Source: Cetorhinus maximus
Taxonomy: Eukaryota
Length of the DNA stretch: 64,000 nt
Reading direction: 5' to 3'
Assembly: GCF_964194155.1 (NCBI RefSeq)
Contig: NC_135901.1
Span: 25,792,001-25,856,000 of the forward strand
Part shown: piece by piece, positions 24,201 to 36,530 of the stretch
Numbering within the stretch: position 1 is the first letter of the stretch
How the letters are laid out: each line of letters starts with the position of its first letter
Made by a program: the position numbers and the translations under genes
The notes under the pieces: model-generated
Databases searched by the model: none
What the model was told of the DNA's origin: nothing
What the model saw: the letters and a program-made list of their open reading frames with translations, nothing else

Positions 24201-25564
24201 GGCGCACGTATCCTTTTGTCTCCCCTGTTTTGATGCTCAGTTCAAGCTTTGTCCACATACAGAACAATTGCTTGGTCTCTCACCGGTGTGAATGTTATCC
24301 CAGGTTGTGTAAAGCTGTTTTCACAGTGAGTGAACTGGAAACTCTCACGTAGGGGTGTGTGTGTGTATGTGCGTGTGTGAGTGTCTCGATGCTTTTCCAG
24401 TCACAGTGATGTTTCAGACCTTTTGAAGCAGACAGAACAGACAAACATTTCTCTGTCCAGAATCAATGGTCAATGAAATTCAAGTCCTGATGAATCGAGT
24501 GGCTCCGTCAGGTCTTGATGTGATGTTCGGTTTGGGATTTCTATCTGTAGATCCTCCCCTTCTAACATCCTGCAAAAGGAGTTACAAAAGTCAACACTGA
24601 ACAGACAATTCTAGCTTCTATGGATCATTTTTTCATCTCTTGTTCCCCTGAAGCTGTAAATCTCCACCCCACACACACTCCCTCCATTCTCTCTCTGTTG
24701 TACCAAATATACACCCTCCCAATTCACCGTTTTCTGCCCTGGGCACAAAGAAAAGAAAATCTTCATGCAGGCTGTTTGCCATTAATATATTTCATATATT
24801 GATATTACTGGACTCAAAATTTGTGCAAAATACATTACAACATTAATTGATTAGTCATACAGGGGAGAATGTGAGGACTAAACCTTATTTAAGCAGCGAG
24901 TGGAACTTGCTGCCTACGAGGCTGCTGGATGCCAAGGTGAACGGTTTCAAAAGAAAATTGGATGGGCACTTTAAGGAATTTGCAGAGGAATGGGGATATA
25001 GAGAGGTAATGGGGCTGACAGGATCACTCTACAGTGAGTCGGCATGGACTCAAGTGGCTGATTGGATACTTTCTGTGCCATAATGACTCTATGATTGGAA
25101 ATATATAGCGTAGCTACAGTACTATACACCAAGACAAGAAATAATAAATGTACTTTATTAAAGAAGCATAAATAATATGTCTAATATGTATAATATAACA
25201 ATGCTAGACATATTGATGTTACGATCCTCATGGAGAATGATCACTTTAAAATAAACAAATTCTCAAACACCGAGGGCAAGATTTCATTTTATAAAAACTT
25301 TTACTAATAACAACCAAACTAAAATCAACATAAATAAACCAAAAATCAGCAAAGACATGGAAAGGGGACGAAAAGAAACTGTTTTACTCACAGTTGTTGG
25401 ACACAGGAAGAAGTTTTCATGTCGTTGAAGTCAAATCGCCACTTGCAGCAAGTCCGTGCTCTGATTGGCTGGAGGACCAGTTTGCTTCCGGTCCTCCAGT
25501 GCTCTCCATTGGTCAATTTTCCGCATGACGTCAGTGAGGAACCTGAACCCGACCCACCTGAGAG

Positions 25565-25701
25565 GTTCTGTTGAAGGGCCATGAGGATTCGAAACGTCGA
25601 CTCTTTTCTTCTCCACCGATGCTGCCAGACCTGCTGAGTTTTTCCAGGTAATTCTGTTTTTGTTTTGGATTTCCAGCATCGCAGTAGTTTTTTGTTTTTA
25701 T
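25565..25701 (+). mobile_element. Short PLE insertion consisting of hammerhead and tail
   Basis: GTT-CTGTTGA-AGGGCC(ATGAG)GATTC-GAAACGTC-GACT followed by the PLE tail. Imperfect 11-bp TSD CCA(C/T)CTGAGAG. Confidence 0.85.
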
Positions 25702-25812
25702 CCATCTGAGAGACTTTGATCTCGAGACACTCTGAGCTATTGGCCAATGGGAACAGCTGGAAGACCGAAAGGGCTCGGGTCCTCCAATCAATCAGAGCTC
25801 GGCTTTTCTTCT

Positions 25813-26006
25813 ACAAAAACAGAATTACCTGGAAAAACTCAGCAGGTCTGGCAGCATCGGTGGAGAAGAACAGGGTCATGAGGACTCGAAACGTTAACTG
25901 ATTTCTTCTCCACCGATGCTGCCAGACCTGCTGAGTTTTTCCAGGTAATTCTGTTTTTGTTTTGGATTTCCAGCATCCGCAGTAGCTTTTAGCTTTTTGT
26001 TTTTAT
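25813..26006. mobile_element. Short PLE insertion with inverted tail duplication
   Basis: ~55-bp inverted tail arms around a partial hammerhead. 15-bp TSD CTCGGCTTTTCTTCT at 25798-25812 and 26007-26021. Confidence 0.88.
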
Positions 26007-26809
26007 CTCGGCTTTTCTTCTGTTCCCCAGCTCTCTCTGTACATGCGCAGTCTGCCGTATTTCCTCACATGCGCACCTCTCGCATCTCCGCTCATGCGCA
26101 GCGCCCTTCCACTCACCGCGCACATGCGCAGTCCCGTTCGCTTGCACGGCGGACAGAGCGATTTCCCCACCGCGGTAGTTTGTGGGAGCCGCGGCCGCCA
26201 TTACGGAGCAGGAGGTGAGCCTGACCCAAAGTGCATGTGGGTCTTCACCGGATTTGACTGTGACGCCCCCTTAACGAAGCGGTTTGTTAACTTTTGGCAT
26301 AAGGATTTAGACACCTAGGTGACATATTGTGGAGGCCAATAGATGACTGAAACTGATCTATAGAGTCCGCATCTTCAGAGGAGGAAATTGAGGAAAATTA
26401 ATTAGGGTTACAATCAATAGGGAGGAGGGACAGTTTGGTGGTCGTTTCGACGGTTCAATGGCGCTACTATTACCCAACATACCTTGCGGATGGGAATGTG
26501 CTCTATTCAGGCTGCAGGAGTCCAGTGCGTAGGCGCAGAGCTGGCCTGTCTCTGGAGCATGCGCAGTGTCACCTTGCTCAGGGCCCTCCGAGTGTGGGAT
26601 CGGCTTCAGGAAATGGGTGAGAGGCGGCGGGGCCGCAGGGGAGGAATGGAGCTGGGAGGTGCGGGTGGGGAAGCTGCATAAACACCTTGTGAAGGCCGCA
26701 ATCCCTGAATCAGACCCTGAAGGTCCCGTGTTTGCAGCCCCAGATCTTATTCCCCTGGATCAGGCCCAGGTTAACGGCCTCGGTCCAGTGGAGCGCGAGG
26801 GCGGCCATT

Positions 26810-28410
26810 TGTTTTATTCATTCACGGGACACGGGCTTCACTGGCTGGACCAGCATTTATTGCCCATCCCTAGTTGCCCTTCACAAGGTGGTGCTGAGCT
26901 GTCTTCTTTGAACCGCTGCAGTCCATGTGGTGTAGGTGCACCCACAGTGCTGTTAGGAAGGGAGTTCCAGGATTTTGACCCAGCGACAGTGAAGGAACAG
27001 TGATGTATTTCCAAGTCAGGATGGTGATGTTCCCATCTATCTGCTGCTCTTCCCCTTCTATATAGTAGTGGTCGTGGGTTTGGAAGGTGCTGTTGACGGA
27101 GCCTTAGTGAATTCCTGTAGTGCATTTTATGGATGGTGCGTCGGTGGTGGAGGGAGTGAATGTTTGTGGATGGGGTGCCAATCAAGTGGGCTGCTTTGTC
27201 CTGGATGGTATCCAGCTTCTTCAGTGTTGTGGGAGCTGCACTTATCCAGGCAAGTGGGGAGTATTCCATCACACTCCTGACTTGTGCCTTGTAGATGGTG
27301 GACAGGCGTTGGGGAATCAGGAGGCGAGTTACTTGTCGCACGATTCCTAGCCTTTGACCTGCTCTTGTAGCCACAGTATTTATATGGCTGGTCCAGTTCA
27401 GTTTCTGGTCAATGGTAACCCCCAGGATGTTTATAGTGGGAGATTCAGTGATGGTAATGCTATTGAACATCAAGGGGCAATGGTTGGATTCTTTCTTGTT
27501 GGAGATGGTCATTGCCTGACACTTGTGTGGTGCGATTGTTATTTGCCACTTGTCAGCCCAAGCCTGGATATTGTCCAGGTCTTGTTGCATTTGGACTTGG
27601 ACTGCTTCAGTATCTGAGGATTGATGAATGGTGCTGAACATTGTGCAATCATCAGCGAACATCCCCACTTCTGACCTTATGATGGAAGGAAGGTCATTGA
27701 TGAAGCAGCTGAAGATGGTTGGGCCTAGGACACTACCTTGAGGAACTCCTGCAGTGATGTCCTGGAGCTGAGATGACTGACCTACAACAACCACAGCTAT
27801 CTTCCTTTGTGCTACGTATGACTCCAACCAGCAGAGAGTTTTCCCCCTGATTCCCATTGACTCCAGTTTTGCTAGGGCTCCTTGATGCCACACTTGGTCA
27901 AATGCTGCCTTGATGTCAAGGGCAGTCACTCTCACCTCACCTCAGGAGTTCAGCTCTTTTGTCCATGTTTGAACCAAGGCTGTAACGAGGTCAGGAGCTG
28001 AGTGGCCGTGGTGGGACCCAAACTGGACATCAGTGAGCAGGTTTTTGCTGAGCAAGTGCCACTTGATAGCACTGTTGATGACCCCTACCATTACTTTACT
28101 GATGATAGAGAGTAGACTGATGGGGCGGTAATTGGCCGGGTTGGATTTGTCCTGCTTTTTGTGTGCAGGACATAACTAGGCAAGTTTCCACGTGGCCGGG
28201 TAGATGTCAGTGTTGTAGCTGTACTGGAACAGCTTGGCTAGGGGCGCGGCAAGTTCTGGAGCACAAGTCTTCAGTACTATTGCCAGAATGTTGTCAGGAC
28301 TCATAGCCTTTGCAGTATCCAGCACCTTCAGCCGTTTCTTGATATCACGTGGAGTGAATCGAATTGGCTGAAGACTGGCATCTATGAGGCTGGGGACCTC
28401 CGGAGGAGGC
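26810..28410 (-). mobile_element. CR1-group LINE 'type B' with RT ORF
   Basis: 365-aa ORF with 'LDIKAAFD', 'GVPQGSVLGP' and 'FADDCT'; family tail at 26810-26880. Confidence 0.92.
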
Positions 28411-28584
28411 CATGTTTGTTACACAGATACTGGGTGGGGCTTCAGGGTCCCAGTAACTAGGAGAGAAAATTATTGACTCATTGATTCTATTCTCAATCTG
28501 CACAAAGGAAATGGTGACAGGCCCAGGTTGACAGCCGGCATCTATAGAGCAGTAAGGTGCTGCAGGGCACACGTGGCCTTCCTA

Positions 28585-29090
28585 AGAACATCAGAAGTAG
28601 GAGCAGGAGTCGACCATTTGGCCCATTGAGCCTGCTCTGCCATTCATAAAGTCATGGTTGATCTGATTGTGGCCTTAACTCCACTCTCCTGCCTGCCCCC
28701 ATAATCCTTGACTCCTTTGTAGATGTAAAATCTGCTTAACTCATCCTTGATTCTTGACTCAGTCAATTCAATGACTCAGTCTCCACTGCTTTCTGGAGAA
28801 GAGAATTCCAATGACTAATGACCCTCTGAGGGAAGAAATTTCTCCTCATCTCAGTGTTAAATGGGAGATGCCTTATTTTTAAACTGTGGCCCCTCATCTA
28901 GATTCCCCAATGAGAGACACATCCTTCAGCATCTCCCCTGTAAAGAGCCCTCAGAATTTTAGATGTTTCAGAGTATAGTCCCAGCTTGCTCAACCTTTCC
29001 TCCTAAGACGAACCCTCTCATTCCAGGAATCAACCTCATGAACCTTCTCTGACTTGCTTCCAATACAAGTTTGTTTCTGTTTAAGTAATT
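28585..29090 (-). mobile_element. CR1 LINE 3' end
   Basis: Reverse-complement tail TACTCCTGCTCCTACTTCTGATGTTCTT-like and 'RRNFFPQRV' coding. Confidence 0.8.
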
Positions 29091-29120
29091 CTGGGCCAGG
29101 AGAGACGTTGTGAATTTCTA

Positions 29121-29228
29121 AAACAAAAACAGAAACAGAAATACCTGGAAAAACTCAGCAGGTCCGGCAGCATCGGCGGAGAAGAGCACAGCTGACGTTT
29201 CGAGTCCTCATGACCCTTCAGCAGAACT
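29121..29228 (-). mobile_element. Short PLE insertion (hammerhead and tail)
   Basis: Minus strand reads AGTT-CTGCTGA-AGGGTC(ATGAG)GACTC-GAAACGTC-AGCT (29190-29228), followed by the tail. Confidence 0.88.
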
Positions 29229-29764
29229 TCTATCCTGGACTGACAGTGGTGGATGTTAGAATCTCGTTTTACAGGGGGTTAGAAGGGGAGGATATACACA
29301 CAGCAAACTCAAACCAAGAAAATGTTTGTCTCTTCTGAATTTCTTACCTTGACTGACACATATAACTTTTGTAATCTCCTTTTACAGGCGCTTCCAGTGC
29401 TTTTGATATCTTTCCAGCTGCAGGCTCCAGCAGGAGATTTTAAATTTGAAAACGGTGAAATTATTTCAGAGGTGAGTACTATTGAGCATTCATCTACAAT
29501 TTAGACTTAGGGCTTTTAGTGCTGTGCTTTGGTTCCATGTCTCCGAGGCTGGTGTGACTCCTCTACTGTGGATCTGAATCCATGTCGATCCATTGCTCTG
29601 TTTCACCTCTGCCACTCCCCGTGCCCTCCCCCATTGTCTAACTTATTCTGCTTCTAATAATGGGTGTATTTTAACTATGTTTGGTCCTTTACTGTTATTT
29701 CCACCAACTCTGTCGAAATGAAGTTTTCTACCAGTGTCCACCCCCCAGCAATCTTTTTCAATTT

Positions 29765-30080
29765 ATTCTTTCATGGAGTTGCTGGCAAGGCCAGCATTTT
29801 TTGCCCATCCATAATTGCTCGGCCATTTCAGTGGGCAGTTAAGAGACAACCACATTGCTGTTGGTCTGGTCTCACGTGTAGACCAGAACAGGTAAGGAGG
29901 TCGGTGGAATGAACCAGATGGGTTTTTATGACCATGATCACTATTATTGAGATTAGCTTTTAATTCCAGATTTTATGAATTGAATTCACATTCCACCATC
30001 TGTCATGGTGAGATTTGAATCCCAGAGCATTAACCTGGGCCTTTGGATTACTACTGCAGTGACACTACCACTATGCCACT
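29765..30080 (-). mobile_element. tRNA-derived SINE (same family as 14108-14452)
   Basis: Reverse complement of the SINE head, core and type-B tail. Confidence 0.75.
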
Positions 30081-31049
30081 CCCCAGTGTGTTCACTGTTG
30101 ATTTACCAGCTTTATCTTCCCGTGGTCAGGAATTGTTTTCCTGCACTAGAGATAATTTTTCCTCCACCTCTGAGTGTACATTTCCCGTCAAATTTTGCTC
30201 AATTTTCATTCCACGTAATTCATTCTGCACATCCTGAAATATTAAATGCTGAGTATTTCCAGCATTTGCTCCTTTTATTTCTGATTACCAGCAGCTGCAG
30301 TATTTTGTTTTTGTTTTATTGCAGGCTTTGCTCACATAACCAAATCTAGAAACAGAGATGGACCAATTAAGAACTGATCTGTATTGGGTTGGGTGTTGGT
30401 TGGACAAGTTGCTCCCTGGCCTTCAGTGTTGAGCCTTTTACATGCGGTCATGGAATGATTGCAATATATAAGGAGACCATTTAGCCCATCATTCCTGTGC
30501 TGGCTCTCTGCAAGAACAATCAACAAGTCCCACTCGCCAACCCTTTCCTGATTGCCCAGCAGTTTTATTCTCTTCAGTGGCTTCAATTCCCTTTAGGTAT
30601 TGACATCATTTTGAGCTGGAGTGGAGATGGAGCAGAAGCTGCTGGGTTTAACCTCGAGAACCTTAGAACCCAGTCAGGTCCGGCAATTTCAGATGTGAAA
30701 TTGGCAAGGGAGGTAGATTCTCAGGGAGATCAGGTTGCACAACGGACACTGTCCATACAACGTAACAGGATATTGTTTCAGGAACAAGTATTTCTGTAGA
30801 TGGTTTTAATCTATTTTACATGTACATATTTTTAAAATGTATTCTTGGAGTTAGGGCGTCATTAACAAGACCAGTAGTTACCTGCCAATCCCCAGTTACC
30901 TGTGGAGAAGATGCTGTTTGACCTTCTTGAACCGCTGCAGTCTGTGTAGTGAAGATGCTCCCACAATACTGTTAGATAAGGAGTTACAGGTTAGACACCC
31001 AGTGATGATGAAGGAACGCTGGTGTATGTCCAAATCAACAGCAATAATG

Positions 31050-31870
31050 TGCATTTATTTAGCACCTTTAATGTAATAGAACATTCCAAGGCACAAAAGC
31101 ATCAAGCCATATAAGGGGATATTAGGGCAGGTGACCAAAATCTTGGTCAAAGAGGTGGGTTTTAAGGAGTATCTTAAAGGAGGAGATTGAGGTAGAGAGG
31201 CGGAGAGGTTTAAGGAGGAAATTCCAGAACTTGGCGTGTCGACAACTGAAAGAACAGCGACTGATGGTGGAGCCATTAAAATCGGAAAAGCTCAAGAGGC
31301 CAAAATTAGATGAATACAAAGATCTTGAAGGTTTATGTGGCTGGATAAGATTACAGTGATAGGGATGGTCGCAGGCACGGACGGATTTGAAAACAACAAT
31401 GACAAATTGAAAATGTTGGTTCTTTTTAAATTGCAACCTTTGTCAGTCAGTGAGCACAGGGGTGATGGGTGAACAAGACTTGGTGGGAATAGCAGATTGT
31501 AGGATCACCTCAAAATTATGGGGAGCGTGAATGTGGGAGGTTGGCTTGGACTGTATTTGGACAATTAAGGCTAGAGGTAACAAAGGAATGGATGACGGTT
31601 TCAGCAGATGAGCTGAGACTAGGGTGGAGTCAGGCGATGTTACTGAGGTGGAAATAGGCAGTCTCAGTGAAAATGTGGTTATGTTGTTGGAAGCTCAGTT
31701 TGGAGTGAAACATGACACATGAGGTTGTGAACAGTCTGGTTCAGCCTCAGACAGTCGCTGGCAGAGGGATGGAGTCAGTGAATAGGGAATGAAGTTTGTA
31801 GCAGGGATTCATCTTCCTAATATTTAATTGGTAGAAATTTCTGTTCACCCAATACTGGATGTCAGGATAG
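31050..31870 (-). mobile_element. L2 LINE 3' region
   Basis: 'FKSV...FWNFLLKPLRLSTSISSFKILLKTHLFDQDF' and an L2 tail ...ATTAAAGGTGCTAAATAAATGCA. Confidence 0.8.
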
Positions 31871-32282
31871 TGTGTGAGTTGGAGAGGAACTTGGAGATGA
31901 TCTGATCACATACACCTCCTGTCTTGGTTCTTCTGGGTGGTGGAGGTTGAGGATTTGGGAAGTTCTGTAAAAGTTCTGATATAGATATGTAAAATCCCCC
32001 TCCTTTGCCCCTACCTCTCTCTTTCTCTATCCATTTGCCTGTCTCTCTGTCTCCTCCCATAGAGGGCAGTGTCTTGTGTAGGTCCAGGCTGGGTAACAGG
32101 TTGCCTCCCCTGAAGGGCATTCGTGAACCAGTTGGGTTTTTATGACAATCCAGCTGTTTTCATGGTCACTTTTCCCTAGTGCCGACCCCACAAATTACCA
32201 AATTCGTTCAACTCAATTTCACAACTTATCTTTGTGGATTCTCTCTGAATCTCTTTTATTCTGTTTTAAATCAATTTCACAT

Positions 32283-33442
32283 GGTATTAGAAAAGGAGGA
32301 TTTGCAGTCGAGAAACTCAAACAAAAACATCACATCAGGATGTGATGAGGCCCCAGTTAATGGTAACTTGAGGCCCCAGTTAATGGTAACTTGATTATCA
32401 TTGGATTTTGAACCTGGAAGGAAAAAGCATTGTTCATAGCGGATGAAAATGTTCTCTGTGTGGAGGAGGCTTCAGCTCATCACCTGGCCTCATGACCTAT
32501 AAATTCAAATACACTGAGAAGGAACCATGGAAAAGTTGGGACTGTGAGGAGGGATTTAGTTAACCGTCTGAGCTGGAAACTCATTGATGCAGTCACACCA
32601 GCGAGAGGTCGTTCACCTGCTCTCTATGTTATATGGGATTCACTCTGTCATCCAACCGGTTGGCTCACTGGCAAATTCACACTGAGCAGAGATTGTTCAA
32701 ATGCTCCATATGTGGGAAGTGATTCACTCAGTCATCCCACCTTATGACACACAAACGGCTTCACACTCAGGAGAGTCTTTTTAAATGCCCAGACTATGAG
32801 AAGTGCTATAAAGGCTCCTGGGAAGTGATGTCCCATCAACGTGTTCACACTGATGAGAGACTGTTCAGGTGCTGTCACTGCGGGACTGGGTTCAGGAAAT
32901 CATCTGAACTCACTGTACACCAGCGAATTCACACTGGGGAGAGGCCATTCACCTGCTCCGTATGTGGGAAGAGATTCATTCAGTCATCCCAATTCATGGC
33001 ACACAAGCTAGTTCACACTGGGGAGAGGCCATTCACCTGCTCTGAGTGTGGGAAGGGATTCACTCGTTCATCCAACCTGCTGACACACCAGCAAGTTCAC
33101 ACTGACGAGAGACCTTTTGAATGCCCAGACTGTGGGAAGTGCTATAAAAGTTCCAGGGAACTGATGCGCCATCAACGTGTTCACACTGATGAGAGACCAT
33201 TCAGGTGCTCTTACTGCGGGACTGGGTTCAGGCGATCATCTCATCTCACTGTACACCAGTGAGTTCACACTGGGGTGAGGCCGTTCACCTGCACTGAGTG
33301 CGGGAAGGGATTCACTCAGTCATCTAACCTGCTGACACACCAGCGAGTTCACACTGGGGAGAGGCCGTTCACCTGCTCCAAGTGTGGAAAGGCATTGTCT
33401 CAGTCGTCCATCCTACTGAGACACCAGCGAGTTCATAAGTGA
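32283..33442 (+). pseudogene. C2H2 zinc-finger pseudogene (copy E)
   Basis: About 11 finger units with stops (~32560, 33260-33262). The splice acceptor is mutated (TTTCACAT instead of TTTCACAG) and the leader has a 23-bp tandem duplication (32346-32391). Confidence 0.88.
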
Positions 33443-33639
33443 TAGCTGGAATTGGATTTTGCTGTTAATAAAATCCAGGACTGAACGATATTCATTGCTG
33501 ATGTTAATAAACTCCAGGGCAGTAATAGGTGTTGATATTCTGCATAAAAGTCAAATAAACAAGCTTTCTGTTTAGCACAGAGTATGTTGTATCTTTTTGA
33601 TATCCCAAACACAAGTTGGTTCCATTTGTTCCCCATCTT

Positions 33640-34275
33640 CTCCATCCTCATCTCCAACAACAAGTGTGAGAGTTCATGGAGCTTCTTTGTCACTAAGATT
33701 GGGACAGTCCGATCAGCTGCCTCTGCTGCTTCCCTCCCTTTCACTAGCCCACCAGGACAAACTGTACCTAACGTTTCCCCTTGTCTGAGCCCTGAACTCG
33801 CACCTTTCTCCAGTTTCTCTCCTATCTCCCATCATGCCCCGTCAGAGCTGATTTTGTCCATGAGACCCACTTCCTCGTCCCTCAATCCTGTTCCCACTAA
33901 AACTGCTGACCATCCATTTTCCTCGTGTTGCTGATATTGCTAACAGTGCTCTCTCTCTTCTGGTTTTGCCCCTCTCATCTTTAATACACAATCCTCACCC
34001 TTCCTGAAAAAAATACAACCCTTGGCTCTGCTGTCTTTGCAAACTGCTGCCCAATCTTAAACGTCCCTTTCCTCTCCAAAGTCCTTGAACTTGGTGTCCC
34101 CCAAGGATCTATCCTTGGACCCTCCTATTTCTCATCTACAGGCTGCCACTAGGTGACATCATCCAAAAGCACCGTGTTAGTTTTCACATGTACACTGACA
34201 ACGCCCAGCTCTACCTCCCCAACATCCCTCTCCATTCCTCCACTGTTACTAACTTAAACTGCTTATCCAACATCC
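33640..34275 (+). mobile_element. L2 LINE fragment with internal deletion
   Basis: 'PFLSKVLE' is joined directly to 'GVPQGS-LGPLLF...YTDNAQLY'; the same junction occurs at ~57270 and ~62900. Confidence 0.8.
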
Positions 34276-34796
34276 AACTGCTGCAGTCCCAAGTGGTGTG
34301 GGTACACACACAGTGCTGTTAGGGAGGGAGTTGCTTTGCAAGTGAAAGGGACAGTGTCATCTCAGGGTAATCATTCAACATTTAAAGGGACACCACTGCT
34401 CTCTGTGCCATGGGGGCTCAAGGGATAGGTGACCATGAGAGTGTCCTCACTCGTCTGCCAATCACCCTCTGTCCTCGCTGACTGACACTGACCTCCCAGT
34501 CCAGCATCGCCTTGATTTTGAAATTCTCATCCTTGTTTTCAAATCCCTCCCCATGGCCTCCTCACCCCTCTCCCTATAACCTCCCACAGCCCCTAAAATC
34601 CTGTTGCCCACTCACTTAATCAAAGTGGAGTGAAGATCAGCCAGGATCCTATTGAATGGCAGAGCAGACCTGATGGGCCAAATGGCCTACTCCTCCTATT
34701 TCTTATGCTCACATGACCCTTTAAAGAATTTGAGATAGTAAATTGTCCGTTCTGAATTTATCTGTTGAACTTAGCTGATATGAACTTGTTTATCAG

Positions 34797-35667
34797 GGTG
34801 TTTATCGGAAGAGGGGAAGCCCAAACCGAACATCACATCAAGTCCCTCGATTCCCCAGGTCCTGAATATCGTGGGCCTTTGCTCGTAGAAAGGGGAATGA
34901 GTGATCACAGTGTGGACAAGCCTTACTCCTGCTCTGAGTGTGAGTGTTCCTTCAGCCGAGCCTCCAGCCTGAGGAGGCACAAGCGGGTCCACACTGTGAG
35001 CAACCAGATGCTTGCAGTGACTGAACGAGGAGATTCAGCTTCCCCTCCGAGCTGCAGATGCACAGACGCAGTCACACCGGGGAGCAGCTGTACGTGTGCA
35101 GTGACTGTACGAGGTGATTCAGCTTTCCCTTTGAGCTAGAGATGTACAGATACAGTCACACCAGGGAGTGGCCCTTCATCTGCCGGGTGTGCGAGCTGGG
35201 GTTCAACCAGTCGGGCCACCTCAAGATGCATAGGCGGTCCACACCGGGGAGAGGCCGTTCGTCTGCTCTGAGTGCGGGAAGTTATTCACCCAGCACTTGG
35301 CCCCACTGAGGCACTGATGCCTGCACACGGGGGAGAGGCCCTTCACTTGCCCCGAGTGTGGGAAGGCCTTCACTCCGGCATCCTTCCAGTGTGAGCACCA
35401 GCTCATTCACACTGATGAGAGGCCGTTCAAATTTCCCGACTGCCAGAAGAGCTTTAAATCGCCAAAGGTCTGTGAAAGCATCGACATGTTCACACCCTAG
35501 AGAGACTGTTCAGCAGCTCTCACTGTGAGAAGGCGTTCACACAGGCAGGAAGCCTCCTCAGACACCAGCGAGTCCACCACCGGAAAGGTCAGTTCACCTG
35601 CTCCGTGTGTGAAAAGAGATTCACCCGTTCCTCTCACCTGCTGAAACACCAGCAAGTGCACAATTAA
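34797..35667 (+). pseudogene. Decayed, GC-rich C2H2 zinc-finger pseudogene (copy F)
   Basis: 'DKPYSCSECECSFSRASSLRRHKRVH' followed by further fingers with stops and frameshifts. Confidence 0.8.
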
Positions 35668-35679
35668 CTGCAACAGTCA

Positions 35680-35995
35680 CAGAATCACAGCAGTGTTACA
35701 GCACAGACGGAGGCCATTCGGCCCATCGTGGCTGCACCAGCTCTCCAAATAATCAATTCCCTTAATGCCATTTCCCTGACTTCTCCCCGTAACCCTGCAC
35801 ATTCTTCCTTTTCAGATAACAGTCTAACTCCCTTTTGAAAGCCTCCATTGAACCTGCCTCCACTACCCTCTCAGACAGTGTATCCAGATCCTAACCACTC
35901 GCTGTGTGAGAAACGTTTCCTCGCCTTTGTTTCTTCTCCAATTATCTTAAATCTGCCGTCTGGTCCTCAATCCATCCACCAGTGGGAACAGTTTC
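35680..35995 (-). mobile_element. CR1 LINE 3' end
   Basis: Reverse-complement tail ACGATGGGCCGAATGGCCTCCGTCTGTGCTGTAACA. Confidence 0.75.
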
Positions 35996-36530
35996 TCTGC
36001 AGGATCTTCACAAGATCCTCCAAATCCAGTGGCAAAAAAGGTGATCCACCAGCAGCGTCCTCTCCCAAGCCAACTCAACCAGCATCGAGGGGCTAATCAC
36101 TCAAAACCAGCTCCCCTGGGCAGGACATGTTGTTCGTATTCCCGACACCAGGTTCCTGAAGCAACTTCACTACTTGGAATTCGGTCGCGTCAGGAGAGTT
36201 CAAGAAGGACAGTGGAAACGCTTCAGGAATCTCCTCAAAGTGTCTCTGAAGAGGTCAAACATCCCTGCAGACTCATGTGAGACTCTGGCTTGTGACTGGT
36301 CGAAATGGAGAAGGCTCATCTGGGAAGCACATCGAGAGACTTAGTCAGGAATCTGCAGAGGCAAAGTTGAGGCATCTGAGGGAGCGCACAAACCTTCAAA
36401 CATCCCATCTCCACAACCCTTTTGTGGCAGAGTCTGCAGATCGCATATTGGACTTATCAGCCATCACAGAACCCATCAAACTGGAGAGGAAGCAAGTCAT
36501 CCTCGATTCTGAGGGATTGCATAAGCATTA
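35996..36530 (+). mobile_element. RTE-clade LINE 3' fragment
   Basis: 'KILQIQW...PSIEGLITQNQLPWAGHVVRIPD' motif, homologous to 40790-41715. Confidence 0.8.

Larger units (their letters stand above)
25390..26620. promoter_or_regulatory. Bidirectional CpG-island promoter for copies D (-) and E (+)
   Basis: Two CCAAT/GGAGGACC modules, CRE TGACGTCA (25526-25533), four NRF1-like CATGCGCA (26041-26131) and YY1-like GCCGCCATT. Outward donors at 25391 (-) and 26617 (+). Confidence 0.75.
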
